Shown in pieces: positions 36,860 through 50,821 of a stretch of DNA of 64,000 nt (its first letter is position 1; each line of letters starts with the position of its first letter). The notes beneath the pieces were generated by a model that saw only the letters and a list, made by a program, of their open reading frames with translations, was not told the DNA's origin and searched no databases. The position numbers and the translations under genes are program-made. The DNA comes from Eledone cirrhosa. Taxonomy: Eukaryota. The stretch is taken from contig OZ024741.1 in the NCBI GenBank assembly GCA_964016885.1, forward strand, positions 152,024,001 through 152,088,000, written 5' to 3'.

Positions 36860-38660
36860 GGTCGGTAGACTTTGATGTCCCAGTTTGTGAGTACTGGCAT
36901 ATCCTAGCATCTGGTTACTTTGTTATTCCCTGATACCTTTTTTAGTGTATGTTTGTACTACATTTTTCTCTTGGTATTTTGTAGTGTCGGCATAACGTCC
37001 ATTGTATGTAAATCGCAGCTCTATCATGTCTATGGATTTATTCTTTTGGGGCTGAGACTGGGTAGTCAGGGACAATGCGGCTAATTGTTTCTTCTCCAGC
37101 ACAACATTCTGTAGTTACTTGCTATGTTCTGCTTCATTATGTAATTTTGGTGGTTTTTGGTGAGGAGGCTTTGATCTTGTGCTGCAATTAGAAATCTATC
37201 AGCCTCGGCTTTTAGTCCAGTTTTGTGAATTTTGTTCAGCACTACCTCTCTATTCACTTTTTGAGGGTACATGCCATGTAGGTTTTCTTCTTGTCACCAA
37301 CTTGCCATTCTGGAGATCTATTTTTAATTTGGATTTTATCTGTTTTCGTAGTTTTTTTGTTTTTTGTTTTTTTTCTGTGTTTTCATATTCCTCATAATTA
37401 TCTGTCAATTCAGCTTCTGATTTGAATTTATTGACTTCCGTGAAGGTTTAAAATAATTGTTTCTACTTTAGGCACAAGGCCAGCAATTACCCAGTGCATT
37501 ACTGGTACTTTATTTTATCGACCCCGTAAGGATGAAAGGCAAAGTCAACCTCGGCGGGATTTGAACTCAGATCGTAAAGAGACGTAACTATGCTGGAAAG
37601 CATGGCGTCCGACCCTCTACCGATACTGCCAATCCACCAAAATAATGTTTGGTTCTGTTCATGTATCAGAGCTATTTGTATTAACTTTCCATTGTTTTTT
37701 CATTAGCGATTATTGTAGTGTTGCTGTGGTTATTTTGTTGCATGTGTTCGAGGTAGGTATAATATTTTTACATCCGATTTTGGTTGGTGTATTCTAAATG
37801 CAGTCATTATTCTTTTTTTGTTTATTCTGCCTAGTACAGCTAGTTCTTCTAGTGTTCTTCAGAATATTAAAGCCGTAGCTTATTACTAGGATCGCAACAG
37901 TGATGATGCCTATTACCTTATTCTTTGTATTTAGTTTTGTCTCAAGTAATTATCTAACCCATCTATAGTATTCCTTTCTAGTGTTTTCTTTTATCTGTGT
38001 GTGTGTTGAAACCTGTATAATTTATTGATTCCTAAGTATATGTATATCTGTTTGATCTAATTCTCTTATCTCAGTTTCTTTATCTACCGTGATATTAGTG
38101 GTTTTCACTAGTTTTCCACTCTTCGGGTTGCTTTGGTACATTTTTCTAGTCCAAATTTCAGGTTTATTTCTTTTGTGAATCTATGTACTGTCTGAAGCAA
38201 TGTTTCAAATTTCTTCTCATCTACAATGTACGGCTTTACGGCTTTGGATCTTCCATATATAGGAGATGGATGATTTCTTTCAATAGCATTTGTACCCGGC
38301 TTCAATCATGTTTAGTGTCTCAGATAATGGTGTCAATGTTAGGCAAAAGAAGCGAGGTGAAAGCGAATCAACCTGAAATATTCCTCTATTAATTGGGATG
38401 AGCTGAGTTTTTATACATCTATCTTTAGTTTGAATCTGCAGAGCTCTTTGCCATTTACTCATGGCGTGTTTAATGAATGTTTTGTTGCTGGTGCCACTTT
38501 GTCTATGGCTTGTGTGTTCAGTGTCCATGTGTGGGGAACACTGTGAAATGCATTCTGGTAATCAATCCATGCCATGATGAGATTTTGTTTTCCTTTTCTG
38601 CAATTTGTTGTTATGGTTTTGTTGATTAATGATTGATCTTTACAACTATATGAGCCTTCT
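36860..38660 (-). mobile_element. Degenerate R4/Dong-like LINE, RT core to zinc-knuckle region (SINE inserted inside)
   Basis: SYSCKDQSLINK, MAWIDYQNAFHSVPHTW, RGIFQVDSLSP, KFGLEKC, YLGI, LIAAQDQSL, RHDRAA. Confidence 0.8.
37454..37639 (-). mobile_element. tRNA-derived SINE family 1
   Basis: Nearly identical to 33381-33566, with an aaaataat duplication on both sides. Confidence 0.9.
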
Positions 38661-39079
38661 TATTCTCTTTTTCTTCATATTCATCTTCTTCATCTTCTTC
38701 AACTTATTATCATCATCATCATCATCATCATCATCATAATCATCATGAATATTATTATTTATTATCATTATTGTTGCTGTTCTTGTTTGTGATGTTATTG
38801 TTAATATTATTTTTACTGATTAACTTAATTGAATAAATAATTCAAATAACTGTTGAATGGAAGAACTCAAAAGACGTTAAACACTATCGTCATCATCATC
38901 ATCATCATCAAAATCCTCGTCATCAGCAGCAGTACCTTCATTACGATCACCACCATTTTTTATACATGATTTTTACAGGTAGTAAAAGACGGATTAGTCG
39001 CCAGTTTTCAAACCTTTGGGAGGTTCCATCGATGACAGTGTACCCTTCTTAATTGTCCACGGAGACGGAGACACTGCTT

Positions 39080-39417
39080 ATAAATCTAAGTGGGAAGAGA
39101 AAATAAGATAGCAAGTTACCTAATTTTACTTCAGTGTTACATGTGGTTTGCAGCTTGGACACTTTAGGGCATCCATAGTTGTGAGGCAACGACTTTTTAA
39201 GAGACTCCTCAATCTGATCCTTGCCTGTGACATTTTCGAAATGGAAAAATATCACGATGTCTATGGTAATCAAGAAAGGTATAAAACAGTGGACTATTGG
39301 CGAGTAACAGAGCTGCAAGAAGATGCAGTCTATTTCAGCCTAATGTTTTACTCAATCACAAGCGAGTATAGAACAAAATTATAGAAGATATATAAATATA
39401 TATATATATATATAAAT

Positions 39418-39475
<58 letters not shown>

Positions 39476-39582
39476 GCCTTAAAGTATTCAAGTTGCAAAC
39501 CACACGGCAAAACTGCAGTCGAGTCACTGAAGTAAAATTAGGATATTTTAATCTTATTTCTCTTCCCACTTATAATTTTATA
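39080..39582. repeat. Imperfect inverted repeat around a (TA)n tract
   Basis: aagtgggaagagaaaataagat..cctaattttacttcagtg..gtggtttgcagcttg is mirrored at 39473-39582. Confidence 0.7.
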
Positions 39583-39646
39583 AAGCTCTGACTGATCATT
39601 TATTGTGTAAATTCGTTCATCGAGCCAAACTGGTAAAAGATGGACA

Positions 39647-40504
39647 TCTGTATATATATAAAATTAAGTATGAAGTATGCGTGTGTGTGTGTCTGTGTGT
39701 TTGTGTATTACCTATAGGGACCGACATCTTAAGACCGATTTTCATGAAACTTTACAGGCTCATAGATTAGTCATCGGGGAGTGTTTTCTATATCGTTTTT
39801 TTTATTCCGGGGTCATTCTGCAGATAAAAATCGATAGGGGGGGGGGGGTCACCTTTTTTTAGGCATCGAAAAATAAGATTTTTGGCTCTAGCTCCCACAT
39901 TTTGCCACCGATTTCGTTCAAATTTTAAAGCGAATACAATTTATCATTGCACATCCTGTAATGCCTTTATATTTTGCATTTGTTGTTCAGGGACGGCGTG
40001 GCAGCCGTTTAAATATTAAAAAATACCACTTTTAAACTAGCTCCCACATTAATTAACCTACTTTGTTCAAATTTTACACTACGCTAGATCTGATTATTTC
40101 ACGTCTTAAAGTGGCTTCACATTTTGGATTTTTCCTTCAGGAACGGCGTGGCAGCCGCTTAAATATTCGAAAATACCACCTTTTCGCTCAAATTTCCGCC
40201 TTTTCGGCTCTAGCTCCCACATTTTTCAACCGATTTCGTGCAAATTCGAAACTTCGGCTCCACCTCACACAGAAATCAATTTAATTGGTTCAACTTTTAT
40301 ACTACGATAGAACCTATCATTGCACATCTTATAGATGGTCAAAGGCAAAACGATGGCCACTGACGTCGTCTGAGCTTTTAGTTGTGTATTTGAGAATTCA
40401 TCGGTTTCCAATCAAGTACCGTGAGGAAATTTGGCTGTGTGTGGCCATAGATGAGTCATTGATATTATTTTACCTACCCAGGCAACGCTGGGTACTGCTG
40501 CTAG
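39647..40504 (+). mobile_element. Non-autonomous Helitron (same family as 14005-14992)
   Basis: A|TC start, CTAG|T end and the same subterminal hairpin. High similarity to the 14-kb copy, with internal deletions. Confidence 0.85.
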
Positions 40505-40517
40505 TATATATATATAC

Positions 40518-40589
<72 letters not shown>

Positions 40590-41630
40590 TTTTTTTCTTC
40601 TTCTTCTGCTTCTTCTTCTGCTTCTTCTTCTTCTGCTTTCTTCTTCTTCTTTTTTTTTCACCCACTTATTCCTGAGAGGGTCATGGCGGCAGCGTCCTTT
40701 AACAGTCCTTCCAGTGGGCCCTGTCTCCAACTGATCTGGCTGGATCCCCAAGCGAGACCAGCTAATCTCATGAATGCTTTCTAACCATCTTGCTAGGGTC
40801 TACTCCTGGGTCTCCTGCAAGTCTCCTACAGGCTGTTTTTGCTCGTAAAATCTGTCCAGCGATTCTTTTCAGAGACATTCTAATCACATGCCCGTAGTAT
40901 CGAAGCTGTGATCTCTCAATTTGAGGAAGTAGCGGATCTACTTAGAGTTTCTATCTGGTCTCCGAGTTACGCTTACTATCGAGTAACCTTACTACAAAGA
41001 CCCTTCGGGGGAGCCCCATCTCGGTCGCTTGTATTCGCGAATCGCATTCTTTCGGTCATTACCCAAGGTTCGTACGATAGGTAAGAGTTGGCACGGATAC
41101 CGAATTGAAGACAGTGAGTTTGGCTTTTACACCTACCTCCCTTCTTCTAATTACTTAATGGTGAAGCTGGGGCATTACTGCACGAGCTCCTGTAATTCTT
41201 GACCTTTTCCACCTGCTTCAGTGGAACACCATTCACATGTACATTGCACTGCGTAGGCTCTCTTGAGAGGACAAGTGTCTCAGGTTTCGCATCACTGATT
41301 TTAATTCCAGCCATGCAGTACTCAGCATCAAACCTATCGAGTGCAAGTCAGAGATCACCTTCTGTCGACTTAAGTAACATCATGTCGCCTGCAAATTCCA
41401 GCCGACAGATTTTTCACCCCCACCCCCAGTCATGATACTATTTCCAACCCGGCTACGCATGTCAATCCTGTTCATGTAAATAGGGAACAGGAGAGGTGAC
41501 GGTACGCACCCTTGGCGGAGTCCGACTCTCATATTTAATGGTTTCGATTCAGCACCATTTATCCGAACACAAATACTCGGTCATTCGTAGAGAGACATCG
41601 ATATCATACTCATGCAGATCCTTCCACATC
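40590..41630 (-). mobile_element. Degenerate RTE-clade LINE, 5'-truncated, with a (GAA)n tail
   Basis: Minus strand: VGLRQGCVPSPLLFPIYMNRI..LEFAGDMMLL..GIKIS..VNGVPLKQVEK. The 3' end runs into (GAA)n. Confidence 0.75.
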
Positions 41631-41702
41631 AAGGCCTGAGGAACGCAGTCATATGCCTTCCCCAACCACCAGAGAACATAACCGTTTTACAAGGATAGTT
41701 GG

Positions 41703-41750
41703 CTTTCCTGATGATTTCTTTTGAATGAAACAGTTCCAGTCCTGTAGAAG
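41703..41750 (+). ncRNA. Type I hammerhead ribozyme candidate (same family as the 60.7-kb copies)
   Basis: ttc CTGATGA t ttc tttt gaa t GAAA cag ttccagtc ctg TA gaa. Confidence 0.7.
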
Positions 41751-41768
41751 TAATTTCTATATTAAACA

Positions 41769-41883
<115 letters not shown>

Positions 41884-41917
41884 GAGAGAGGGGGGATAGA
41901 GATAGATAGATAGATAA

Positions 41918-41978
<61 letters not shown>

Positions 41979-42238
41979 CGAAAGATAGATAGTATTTCAC
42001 GAGTTAATCAAAGGAATTGTTATATCAGTGACCTATACAGACATTTTATAACAGATGAGATTGATGTGACTGATGGTCGACCTGTGTTATCTGAAGGTCA
42101 AGGTCTACAAAAGAAAATCTTCATGGACGGGAATCCAGTAGTTTACACCAAAAAACAAGTTAGTGTGTGAGTGTATGTTTGTATGTATGTATATTGAATA
42201 TAAATGCTTATACACATATTTCTCTATTTATACATACA

Positions 42239-42288
<50 letters not shown>

Positions 42289-42320
42289 ATAAGAGAGGTA
42301 GGTAGGCAATTAGTTATACA

Positions 42321-42373
<53 letters not shown>

Positions 42374-42401
42374 ACATTTATACATATATATAAACATATA
42401 T

Positions 42402-42482
<81 letters not shown>

Positions 42483-42936
42483 CATACAAATGTATACACA
42501 TATTTATAAACATATGTGTAAGTGTGTATGTATGTATGTATTATGTATGTATGCATGGATCGATGGATGCATGCATGGTATAAATAATTGTATGAGATAA
42601 ATAAAATATAAAGTAAATGGAACATAATGTGATGAAAGACAAATAAAAGGGAGAAAGAAGATGTGATTCTGACTGCAATGGAATTCAGAAAGAAAAATGG
42701 TGATAACGACTGTCTTATATAATACGTACAAATTCTTATTTGAAATCTTACTGCAATTCCTCTGTTGACCCATCTTTGATGAGGGTCATGGAAGGCAATT
42801 AATTTTTTTGAAGCGTTTTGTTTGAAGATGACTGACGTGTTTATGTCTGTGTGGTGTAAAGGGTGGAGACAGGCTGATTGATCCGAATAATCACACATAT
42901 ACACTCACGTGCAAACACACACACACTCACACACAA

Positions 42937-43027
<91 letters not shown>

Positions 43028-43042
43028 TGTATATATATATAT

Positions 43043-43151
43043 GGACCATAACGCACCAAAGTACTCAATACTTAGGGTAGTAGAGTGGGTAATAGGAACG
43101 AGAATTAGCCGTCGAAACGGCTTGAGCTCAGCCGTCGGGGTCCTACTCGTT

Positions 43152-43156
<5 letters not shown>
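43043..43156. repeat. Copy of the 15.1-kb (TA)n-embedded repeat
   Basis: Shares both sub-segments with 15097-15260 and is flanked by (TA)n. Confidence 0.8.
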
Positions 43157-43204
<48 letters not shown>

Positions 43205-43283
43205 CGAAGAAATACTTATGATGGCTAGTAGACCACTGATGATGGATAGTCCTGGCTTCTATTTCTAATTCTTCATTTTAATT

Positions 43284-43375
<92 letters not shown>

Positions 43376-44138
43376 TATATATGTCTGTGTATATAAGTTG
43401 CTTTACCAGGCCCTTCCATGTTTCTGAACTCTATACTATTGCGGGTCAGTTTGACCATGATTTGTTTTAGTTTTTTGCTGCAGCCTCAGTTTGGGAAATA
43501 TTTCCTAAGAGAGATTTTGTAAACAGAACTTGTACGGAGGCAAGTTTTATATTATGTGTATGTATGAGTTTGTGTATTTTGTGTATGTATGTGTGTATGA
43601 GCGGGCTTGTGCCTGTGTGTTATATATCAATTTAACGCATAAGAAACAAATATACTAAGGAAAGATGTAAAAATATTAGTTAAAGACCTATAACGTTCTG
43701 TTACCATACAAACCAAGCTTTTTACAGTTAATATCCTGCGCATTATTTTAACATGTCAAACTCTATGTAGTATTCGTTTTCCACGAAACGACAAATAACA
43801 CCCACAAAAATTTCAATCACGCTAAAATACGATCAACAACTTATCTATGTAGAACGTCAAATATTGGCCAATAAACTTGATTTTGCTGTTTCTTCTCCAA
43901 ATTACAGTGAAGCTTTGCTCACAAGAGTGTACCCCTAGAATATTAAATGCATAGAAGAACCACCTAGAAAGGTCAGGTCAGTCGTTGAATTAGAAATAGA
44001 AATATGGATATAATATTAGCTGAATTAATCTAACTGTTGCTATTCCCATATGCGAATTAATTTTCAGCTTGATAAATAATTATTTCTTGCCACAACATAA
44101 ATACTACCAGTGATTCTACAGAAACACTGTCAAACTCG

Positions 44139-44244
<106 letters not shown>

Positions 44245-45077
44245 CGTTGAGCCAAAGATAAATATGAGATAAATTCATTTATTCGTTTTAAACACGCTTC
44301 TATAATTGCAGGAATAAAAATACCAATGAGATCATCAGAAATACAAATGTATATACCAAATATATATAGAATTAAAATATTTAAGAAGAAAACGTAAGTA
44401 TATATATCCTCTTTTTAATTGCGTATTGTACAAACACATTGAGCATTAAATCCTCTTGTATTATAAGCTGATTTCCTAACTTACTAACTGTTCAAACTTG
44501 TATATATATATACACACACACACAAACAGGGGCCAGCCGTCGAAGAAACAACACCACGCATTCGGCCGGCCCCCTCTATCATGAAAAGAAAATCTTTTTC
44601 GGGGAAATTATCGGCTTTTTCCGACTTTAAAGGTTTCGATTTCATTCTTCTCTTTATATATATATCATTCATATAGATTATAAGTTTAAGCAAAGAATTT
44701 CTGTTTTCAGCCTAAGCGGGATCATCTGAAACTGAGAAATTTCAATTCGTAGACACAGAAGTAGATATTAAATTACGACCAAATATTATCTTTAGAAAAT
44801 AGAAAGACATAACGCTAACGCATGAGGACGTTCACTTCAGGTGCGCGAAATGTATGCAAGGATAATTGCGTCATCATGTGAACCGAGAAGAACAAATTCT
44901 TGCTATGAAAAAATCATATTCTTGGTTTGAAAAATCAGGTGATTAATATACTTTATAGAATAGTCGAATAATTTCCAGCTACAATATATGAAAATTGATG
45001 GTAATAGTAGTAAAATGATTAAACATAAAGATACTGAGGGTTTTGGTATTAATATTAATAATGAAAACATTAATAAC

Positions 45078-45473
45078 TTAGAAAGTTATTAGGGAAAGAA
45101 AAGACGAAAAAAGAGACAATAGCGAAGAGAAAGAAAAAATCCAAAGAGAAAGAAAGAAGAGGAACATGTATGTAGAGTAACCAAGGGGAGAGAGAACGAA
45201 GTTGAAAAAGGCAGCTAGGTTTAAGCTGGGAAAGGTTATTAACAGCCAAGAGCGAATAGAAACACGTCTGTTCTCTCTTGATGTTATTAAGGTCTCTCGG
45301 CTTAAACCTAGCTGCCGTTTTTAACTTCGTTCTCTCTCCCCTTGGTTACTCTACATACATGTGCCACTGTCCTGCGTCTCCCCTCCTCTCTATCGATATG
45401 TTTTTTTCCCGTTTTTTCTTTCTCTTCGCTATCGTCTCTTTTTCGTCTTTCCTTTCCCTAATAACTTTCTAAG
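45078..45473. repeat. About 150-bp-arm imperfect inverted repeat
   Basis: cttagaaagttattagggaaag...ggcagctaggtttaagc (45078-45227) is mirrored at 45300-45473. Confidence 0.85.
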
Positions 45474-45647
45474 ACATTATCACACTGCGGTGAGATGTAT
45501 TGTCTTTGATGCGCCGAAACATCTGAGACGCGCAGCAGACAACTGATGAGGGGACCTGTCTATTTATATGTTTGTGTTACCTTTACTTTCTAAACACACG
45601 TTATTAGTAACCACACAACCTTGTCCCTTTCAATTCATATAACCTTA

Positions 45648-45690
45648 AACCCTGATGAAGGGACTTTTAGTCCCGAAATATTGGACAGAT
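45648..45690 (+). ncRNA. Minimal hammerhead-like core
   Basis: CTGATGA a gggact ttt agtccc GAAA tatt. Helix II is perfect; helices I and III are not convincing. Confidence 0.45.
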
Positions 45691-45812
45691 AAAAGAACAA
45701 CAACAACAACAATAACAGAAAATCAAAACAAAGATTAGCAGGTCATTTTTACTTTTCGTTACCTCATCTTACAGTCCATTTTGCATTGTTTAGCCTTCTA
45801 TCTCTTTCAACG

Positions 45813-45975
<163 letters not shown>

Positions 45976-46397
45976 GATGTGAAGGTGGGTGTGAGTGTAG
46001 TGCAAGCCAACCTACATAAGTCTTTTTATTTGTAAATTTTCTACTCCAACCATAAATTTCAGTAGCACCACTCCACATAAATTCATCAATTTAAGAATGA
46101 CCTGTAGTATCTATTTCATACTATTAATCTTAATTGAATATATATCTGACCAGGAATGCTTTTTATGAAAATCAGTCATATAGAACTATTGTCATCTTGC
46201 CTGACGGTTTGAACTTTACAACACCACCTGCCTCTTTGAGGTCAAATACCAACCCTACTACCATCTACAAACTGACCAATGAAAATCAAGACTATTCCTG
46301 CTGACAACATTAAATTATTCCTAACAGCTCATATGTCCCAAGGCTCTGATACCATCAACACTATAAACATAGACCTGGCATATCTAAGAACTGACAA

Positions 46398-46453
46398 ACT
46401 GCCTGATGAGGTCATAGCCATTCAATGGCTATCATCGAAATATATATAGCAGT
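46398..46453 (+). ncRNA. Minimal type I hammerhead ribozyme in the left pseudo-LTR
   Basis: actgc CTGATGA g..atagccat tca atggctat..c GAAA tatata TA gcagt. Helix I is actgc/gcagt, helix III is palindromic, and AATAAA follows immediately. Confidence 0.8.
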
Positions 46454-46639
46454 AAATAAAGGATTATGAGTTCATGCAATTGACTTATATTTCGTCCCTA
46501 TTATAACTCCGGAACTTATATCTTCGTTGAGTGCTCCCTATCCGCATACTGAAGTACTGGATTTTACCAACACTTACTTTCTTGCTTACCCCATGCCCCA
46601 CACCCTGTTGAGCGCTTCATACAGTAGCGGACCGCAGCC

Positions 46640-49277
46640 AATATGAATAAACTCACCACTCTGGCATCACTGAAGGACATCCCGTTACCGGGTAAAAGAA
46701 AATACACCAGGAATCTCACTAAGAGTACTGACTTCCTAATATGCAGGATGAGGTGGAGGGCTTACCACTTATAGAGGAAACCCCAATATTAATAACCGAA
46801 AAACCATGGAGTGCCCCTTCAGATCAAGAAGAATCCCCCCTCCCCACAACAGACTATTGGAAGAGTTTGAGAACGAAATGATTGCATCATTTCCAACATC
46901 AAATTTTCCGACCAATCATACCGGGGTCGAGAGTACCTTAGACGACTGGAAAATGGAATTAATGAGCTTAAGGAATCTACAGGAATACTCGTCCATGCCG
47001 ACAAATCCAACAACCTTTACAGCATGAACGTTCAACTTTAGCATGAGCTAATCCCCAGGGTTTGAGAAAAAGCTACAAAAAAAACGCCCGAGGCTACCCT
47101 GGAGGATATCAACATCAAGGCTTATGAGATCTATCTGGTCTTGGTATAGATGATAGGACGGCCCCATACCAACCAAGGGAGCCTAGGATTACCATTAAGG
47201 ACCACAAACCAAACTTCAAGTCTAACATGCCGGTCAGACTGATAGCCCCCTCCCGGTCAGACATGGGGATTATTAGCTAAAAGCATTTTAGATAGGATCC
47301 TGCCCACACTTAAGAGTAAAATAAGGTTACAACTCAGGTCCTGCACCAGCCAGGTGCTGGACTGGTTTACATTTTTACCTGACAAACATAGGACTAGCTT
47401 CATACAACTAGACATCAACAATTACTACTCCTCTATCTCGCCCATAGTCCTGAACAAGGCACTCATACTCGCGATGAATAGGACAGACCTAACACGCGAC
47501 GAGGTCCGAATCATACACGCCGCCAGAAAGACCCTGATCCGATTCGGTGGGGACATAAGGACCCGGAGCGACTGGCCAAATCATTTTGACATTACAATGG
47601 GCTCCAGTGACTCCGCGCAGCTAACGGACTTGGTTGGGATATACATACTCTACAAGATCAGGAGAGAAATACCCAACCTGGGTGGCGGGCTGTACCGAGA
47701 CGACGCACTCTTCACCGTAGTGGACCACAGCACCACAATGGTCGAAAATATGAAGAGGAGAATTAGGCACTTCTTTAGCAAGGTAGGACTTAAGGTAGAG
47801 ATGGAACCCAATAGACAAGTAGTGAATTTCCTGGACACCACCCTCAACCTCAACACCAAGCTACACCACCCATATCATAAACCCAATGAGAAGCTGGTGT
47901 ATATCAACGCTGGGTCTAATCACCCTAGATCTATAGTTAAGGCCGTAGTTAAGAGTGTCTCTGACAAGATCTCTAACTTGTCGGCCAATAAAGAGATCTT
48001 CATAGTAACGCTGATTACTATAACTCAGCGCTAGCTAAGGCGTCCCACAGCGATAGGATCAGCTATAACCCTAAGGGACATGATCGAGATGACCCAAGAG
48101 TACCCCGGACCAATACCCTCAGGGGCATGAGTCGCCCACCTAATACCTCGGTGACACTCCCAGACCCCTATCCGTCACCATCCCCGCTAGAAGGTCCCGC
48201 ATACCCCACCGGTCTAATACCTACAACACTGAAGACCACTGTGCTGCGGAGCATAGGCACCCCTGCACCGGCCCCACCACCCACCGAACCCTAATTGAGC
48301 AGGGAGGCCGCACCTCGCAGGTTTATAGCCCCACGGTGGGCCCATATAACCCTCATGATAGTGACCGCTCCGCACACCTGAGTGACACCAACCGAGCTCG
48401 ACCTGAGCTGTGCACAACCACGCGATGGCACACGGCGGACACCCAACAACCCCGCAAGAATAGGACCAGGAAGGTCACATGGTATAACCCACCTAACTCG
48501 GTGGGTCTACGTACCAGCCTGGCTAGAACATTCTTTAGAGTACTGGATAAATGTTTCCCTAGGGCCCACAAGTACCATAAAATATTCAACAGGCACACGG
48601 TGAAACTTTCCTACTCAACCACACGCTCCGTAGACCAGCACATAGCTGGCATAAATAGGAATAGGCTCACTGCCTCTAATACCACCATAAACCCCGGAGC
48701 CACCCAACAGAACCAGCACGCGGGACGCAACGGAACCCGGACAGGCCCAACTAGCACACCGGAACCCAACGACCCTGTGCTAATTGTGGAGGCTACCCAG
48801 CCAACCCCGAGTGATGGTAACCACGCAGTACATGTGGTGGGGCTTGAGAAGTCATATAATTGCAGAGACCCATCACTATGCCCACTTAGTAATGAATGCA
48901 TGACGAAAAACGTGGTCTACAGGTGCAAGGTCACAACCCCTAACTCGGAGCACCACTACATAGGATCCACAGCGACAAGCTTCAAAGATCGGTGGTATAA
49001 CCATCGCCATTCCTTTAACAGAATAGATAAGAGGAAATGTACGGCCCTTTCTGAATTGATCTGGAAGCTCAAACTTGAAAAGACCCCGCACCCTCTGGTC
49101 TGGTCCGTCGTTAGAAAGGTTCCCCCAGACAGAGGCGGGTCTGGTATTTGCAACCCCTGTCTTAGTGAGACACTCCATATTCTTCATGGCGGAACCAAGC
49201 TATTAAACAGAAGGGCCGACCTATTCCGTGCCTGCAGACACCTAATGACGGGAACTTTCCTCAAGCTATATGGATAA
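46640..49277 (+). pseudogene. PLE ORF (RT + GIY-YIG endonuclease), frameshifted
   Basis: KDHKPNF..VRLI.P, FIQLDINNYYSSI, FDITMGSSDSA, LYRDD, VNFLD, SNHP; then WYNPP, YNCx5Cx5C, NVVYRC..HYIG, CNPC, LNRR..CRH. The start position is uncertain. Confidence 0.88.
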
Positions 49278-49720
49278 ACCCCGGTTACGGCCTCCCACAA
49301 CGCCCCCCCTGTAGGTCCCTACACCCCGTACCAATGACCAATGGACAACAACAAACACCCATAGTTTGTGGTCCCTATGGTGGATGGTCCACCGGATCCC
49401 CTACTGGTTAGGAGTCATCTAAACCACGTTTTATTGAACCTGATTTTATATATATATGTATATATATATCATGTGTATATATATATATTTTATATGTGTA
49501 TATATGTGTATATATATATATTTTATATGTGTATATATGTGTATTTTATATATATGTATGTATATATATGTATATATTTTAGATATATATGTATATGTAT
49601 GTGTATTTTATATATATATATATGTATGTATGTTTTATGTGTGTATATATTTTATGTATGTTCTGTGTATATATATATATATTTTATATATATATATATA
49701 TACTTGTGCGTACAAACATG

Positions 49721-49775
<55 letters not shown>

Positions 49776-50378
49776 CTGTATGGATTTATGTGTGTAGATG
49801 TGTGAGTGTCTGAGGGGGTAGCTGTGAGTGTATGTACAAGTCAACCAGCATAAACCTTTTATTTCTAAATTTTCTAAACTATCTAAGTATTGGACTCTAA
49901 CCATTATTTTATGTATTACCACCCGACAATTTGTATGTGTGGACGTGTGTGTGTGTCTGTGGAGGTGGGTGTCAGTGTAGTGCAAGCCAACCTACATAAG
50001 TCTTTTTATTTGTAAATTTTCTACTCCAACCATAAATTTCAGTAGCACCACTCCACATACATTTTTCAATTTAAGAATGACCTGTAGTATCTATTTCATA
50101 CTATTAACCTTAATTGAATATATATCTGACCAGGAATGCTTTTTGTGAAAATCAGTCATATGGAACTATTGTCATCTTGCCTGACGGTTTGAACTTTACA
50201 AGACCACCTGCCTCTTTGAGGTCAAATACCAACCCTACTACCATCTACAAACTGACCAATGAGAATCAGGACTATTCCTGCTGACAACATTAAATTATTC
50301 CTAACAAGCTCATATGTCCCAAGGCTCTGATACCATCAACACTATAAACACAGAGCTGGCATATCTAAGAACTGACTA

Positions 50379-50434
50379 ACTGCCTGATGAGGTCATAGCC
50401 ATTCAATGGCTATCATCGAAATATGTATAGCAGT
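50379..50434 (+). ncRNA. Minimal type I hammerhead ribozyme in the right pseudo-LTR
   Basis: Same as 46398-46453 except that helix III reads tatgta. Confidence 0.75.
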
Positions 50435-50475
50435 AAATAAAGGATTATGAGTTCATGCAATTGACTTATGTTTCG

Positions 50476-50526
<51 letters not shown>

Positions 50527-50821
50527 ACTAAAAAGTATGTCCATAGAATCATTTGATAATATATATACACCATTTCCTCTCCCAATTAGCATAATCAACC
50601 ACACAAAAAACCAATTAAATCAGGCTATAAGATTAAAAGGCACCTATGAAGAAATAGTAGATAAATAAATGACAGCAATTTATTCGCGATCAACCGCTAT
50701 AGAATAATTACCCAACATCTCAATAGCACGTGGAAATCGATTAAATATACCGTCAACCATATACAATTAGGTATAAAATTAAAGTTAGAAGAAAAAATGC
50801 ATATACACATACCAGGATTAC

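Larger units (their letters stand above)
45979..50480 (+). mobile_element. Penelope-like element with two pseudo-LTRs, Hydra-clade-like
   Basis: About 520-bp direct repeats (45979-46499, 49959-50480) flank the RT and C-terminal GIY-YIG coding remnants. It sits in (TG)n/(TA)n. Confidence 0.9.

Noticed and set aside
43225-43260. Isolated CTGATGA/CTGAAGA motifs at 43236, 45543 and 54385
   Set aside because: No properly spaced helix II-GAAA-helix III could be built, so they are at most truncated remnants.
45979-50480. LTR retrotransposon, suggested by the 520-bp direct repeats
   Set aside because: There are no TG..CA termini, gag, protease or integrase. The RT and GIY-YIG motifs are Penelope-type.
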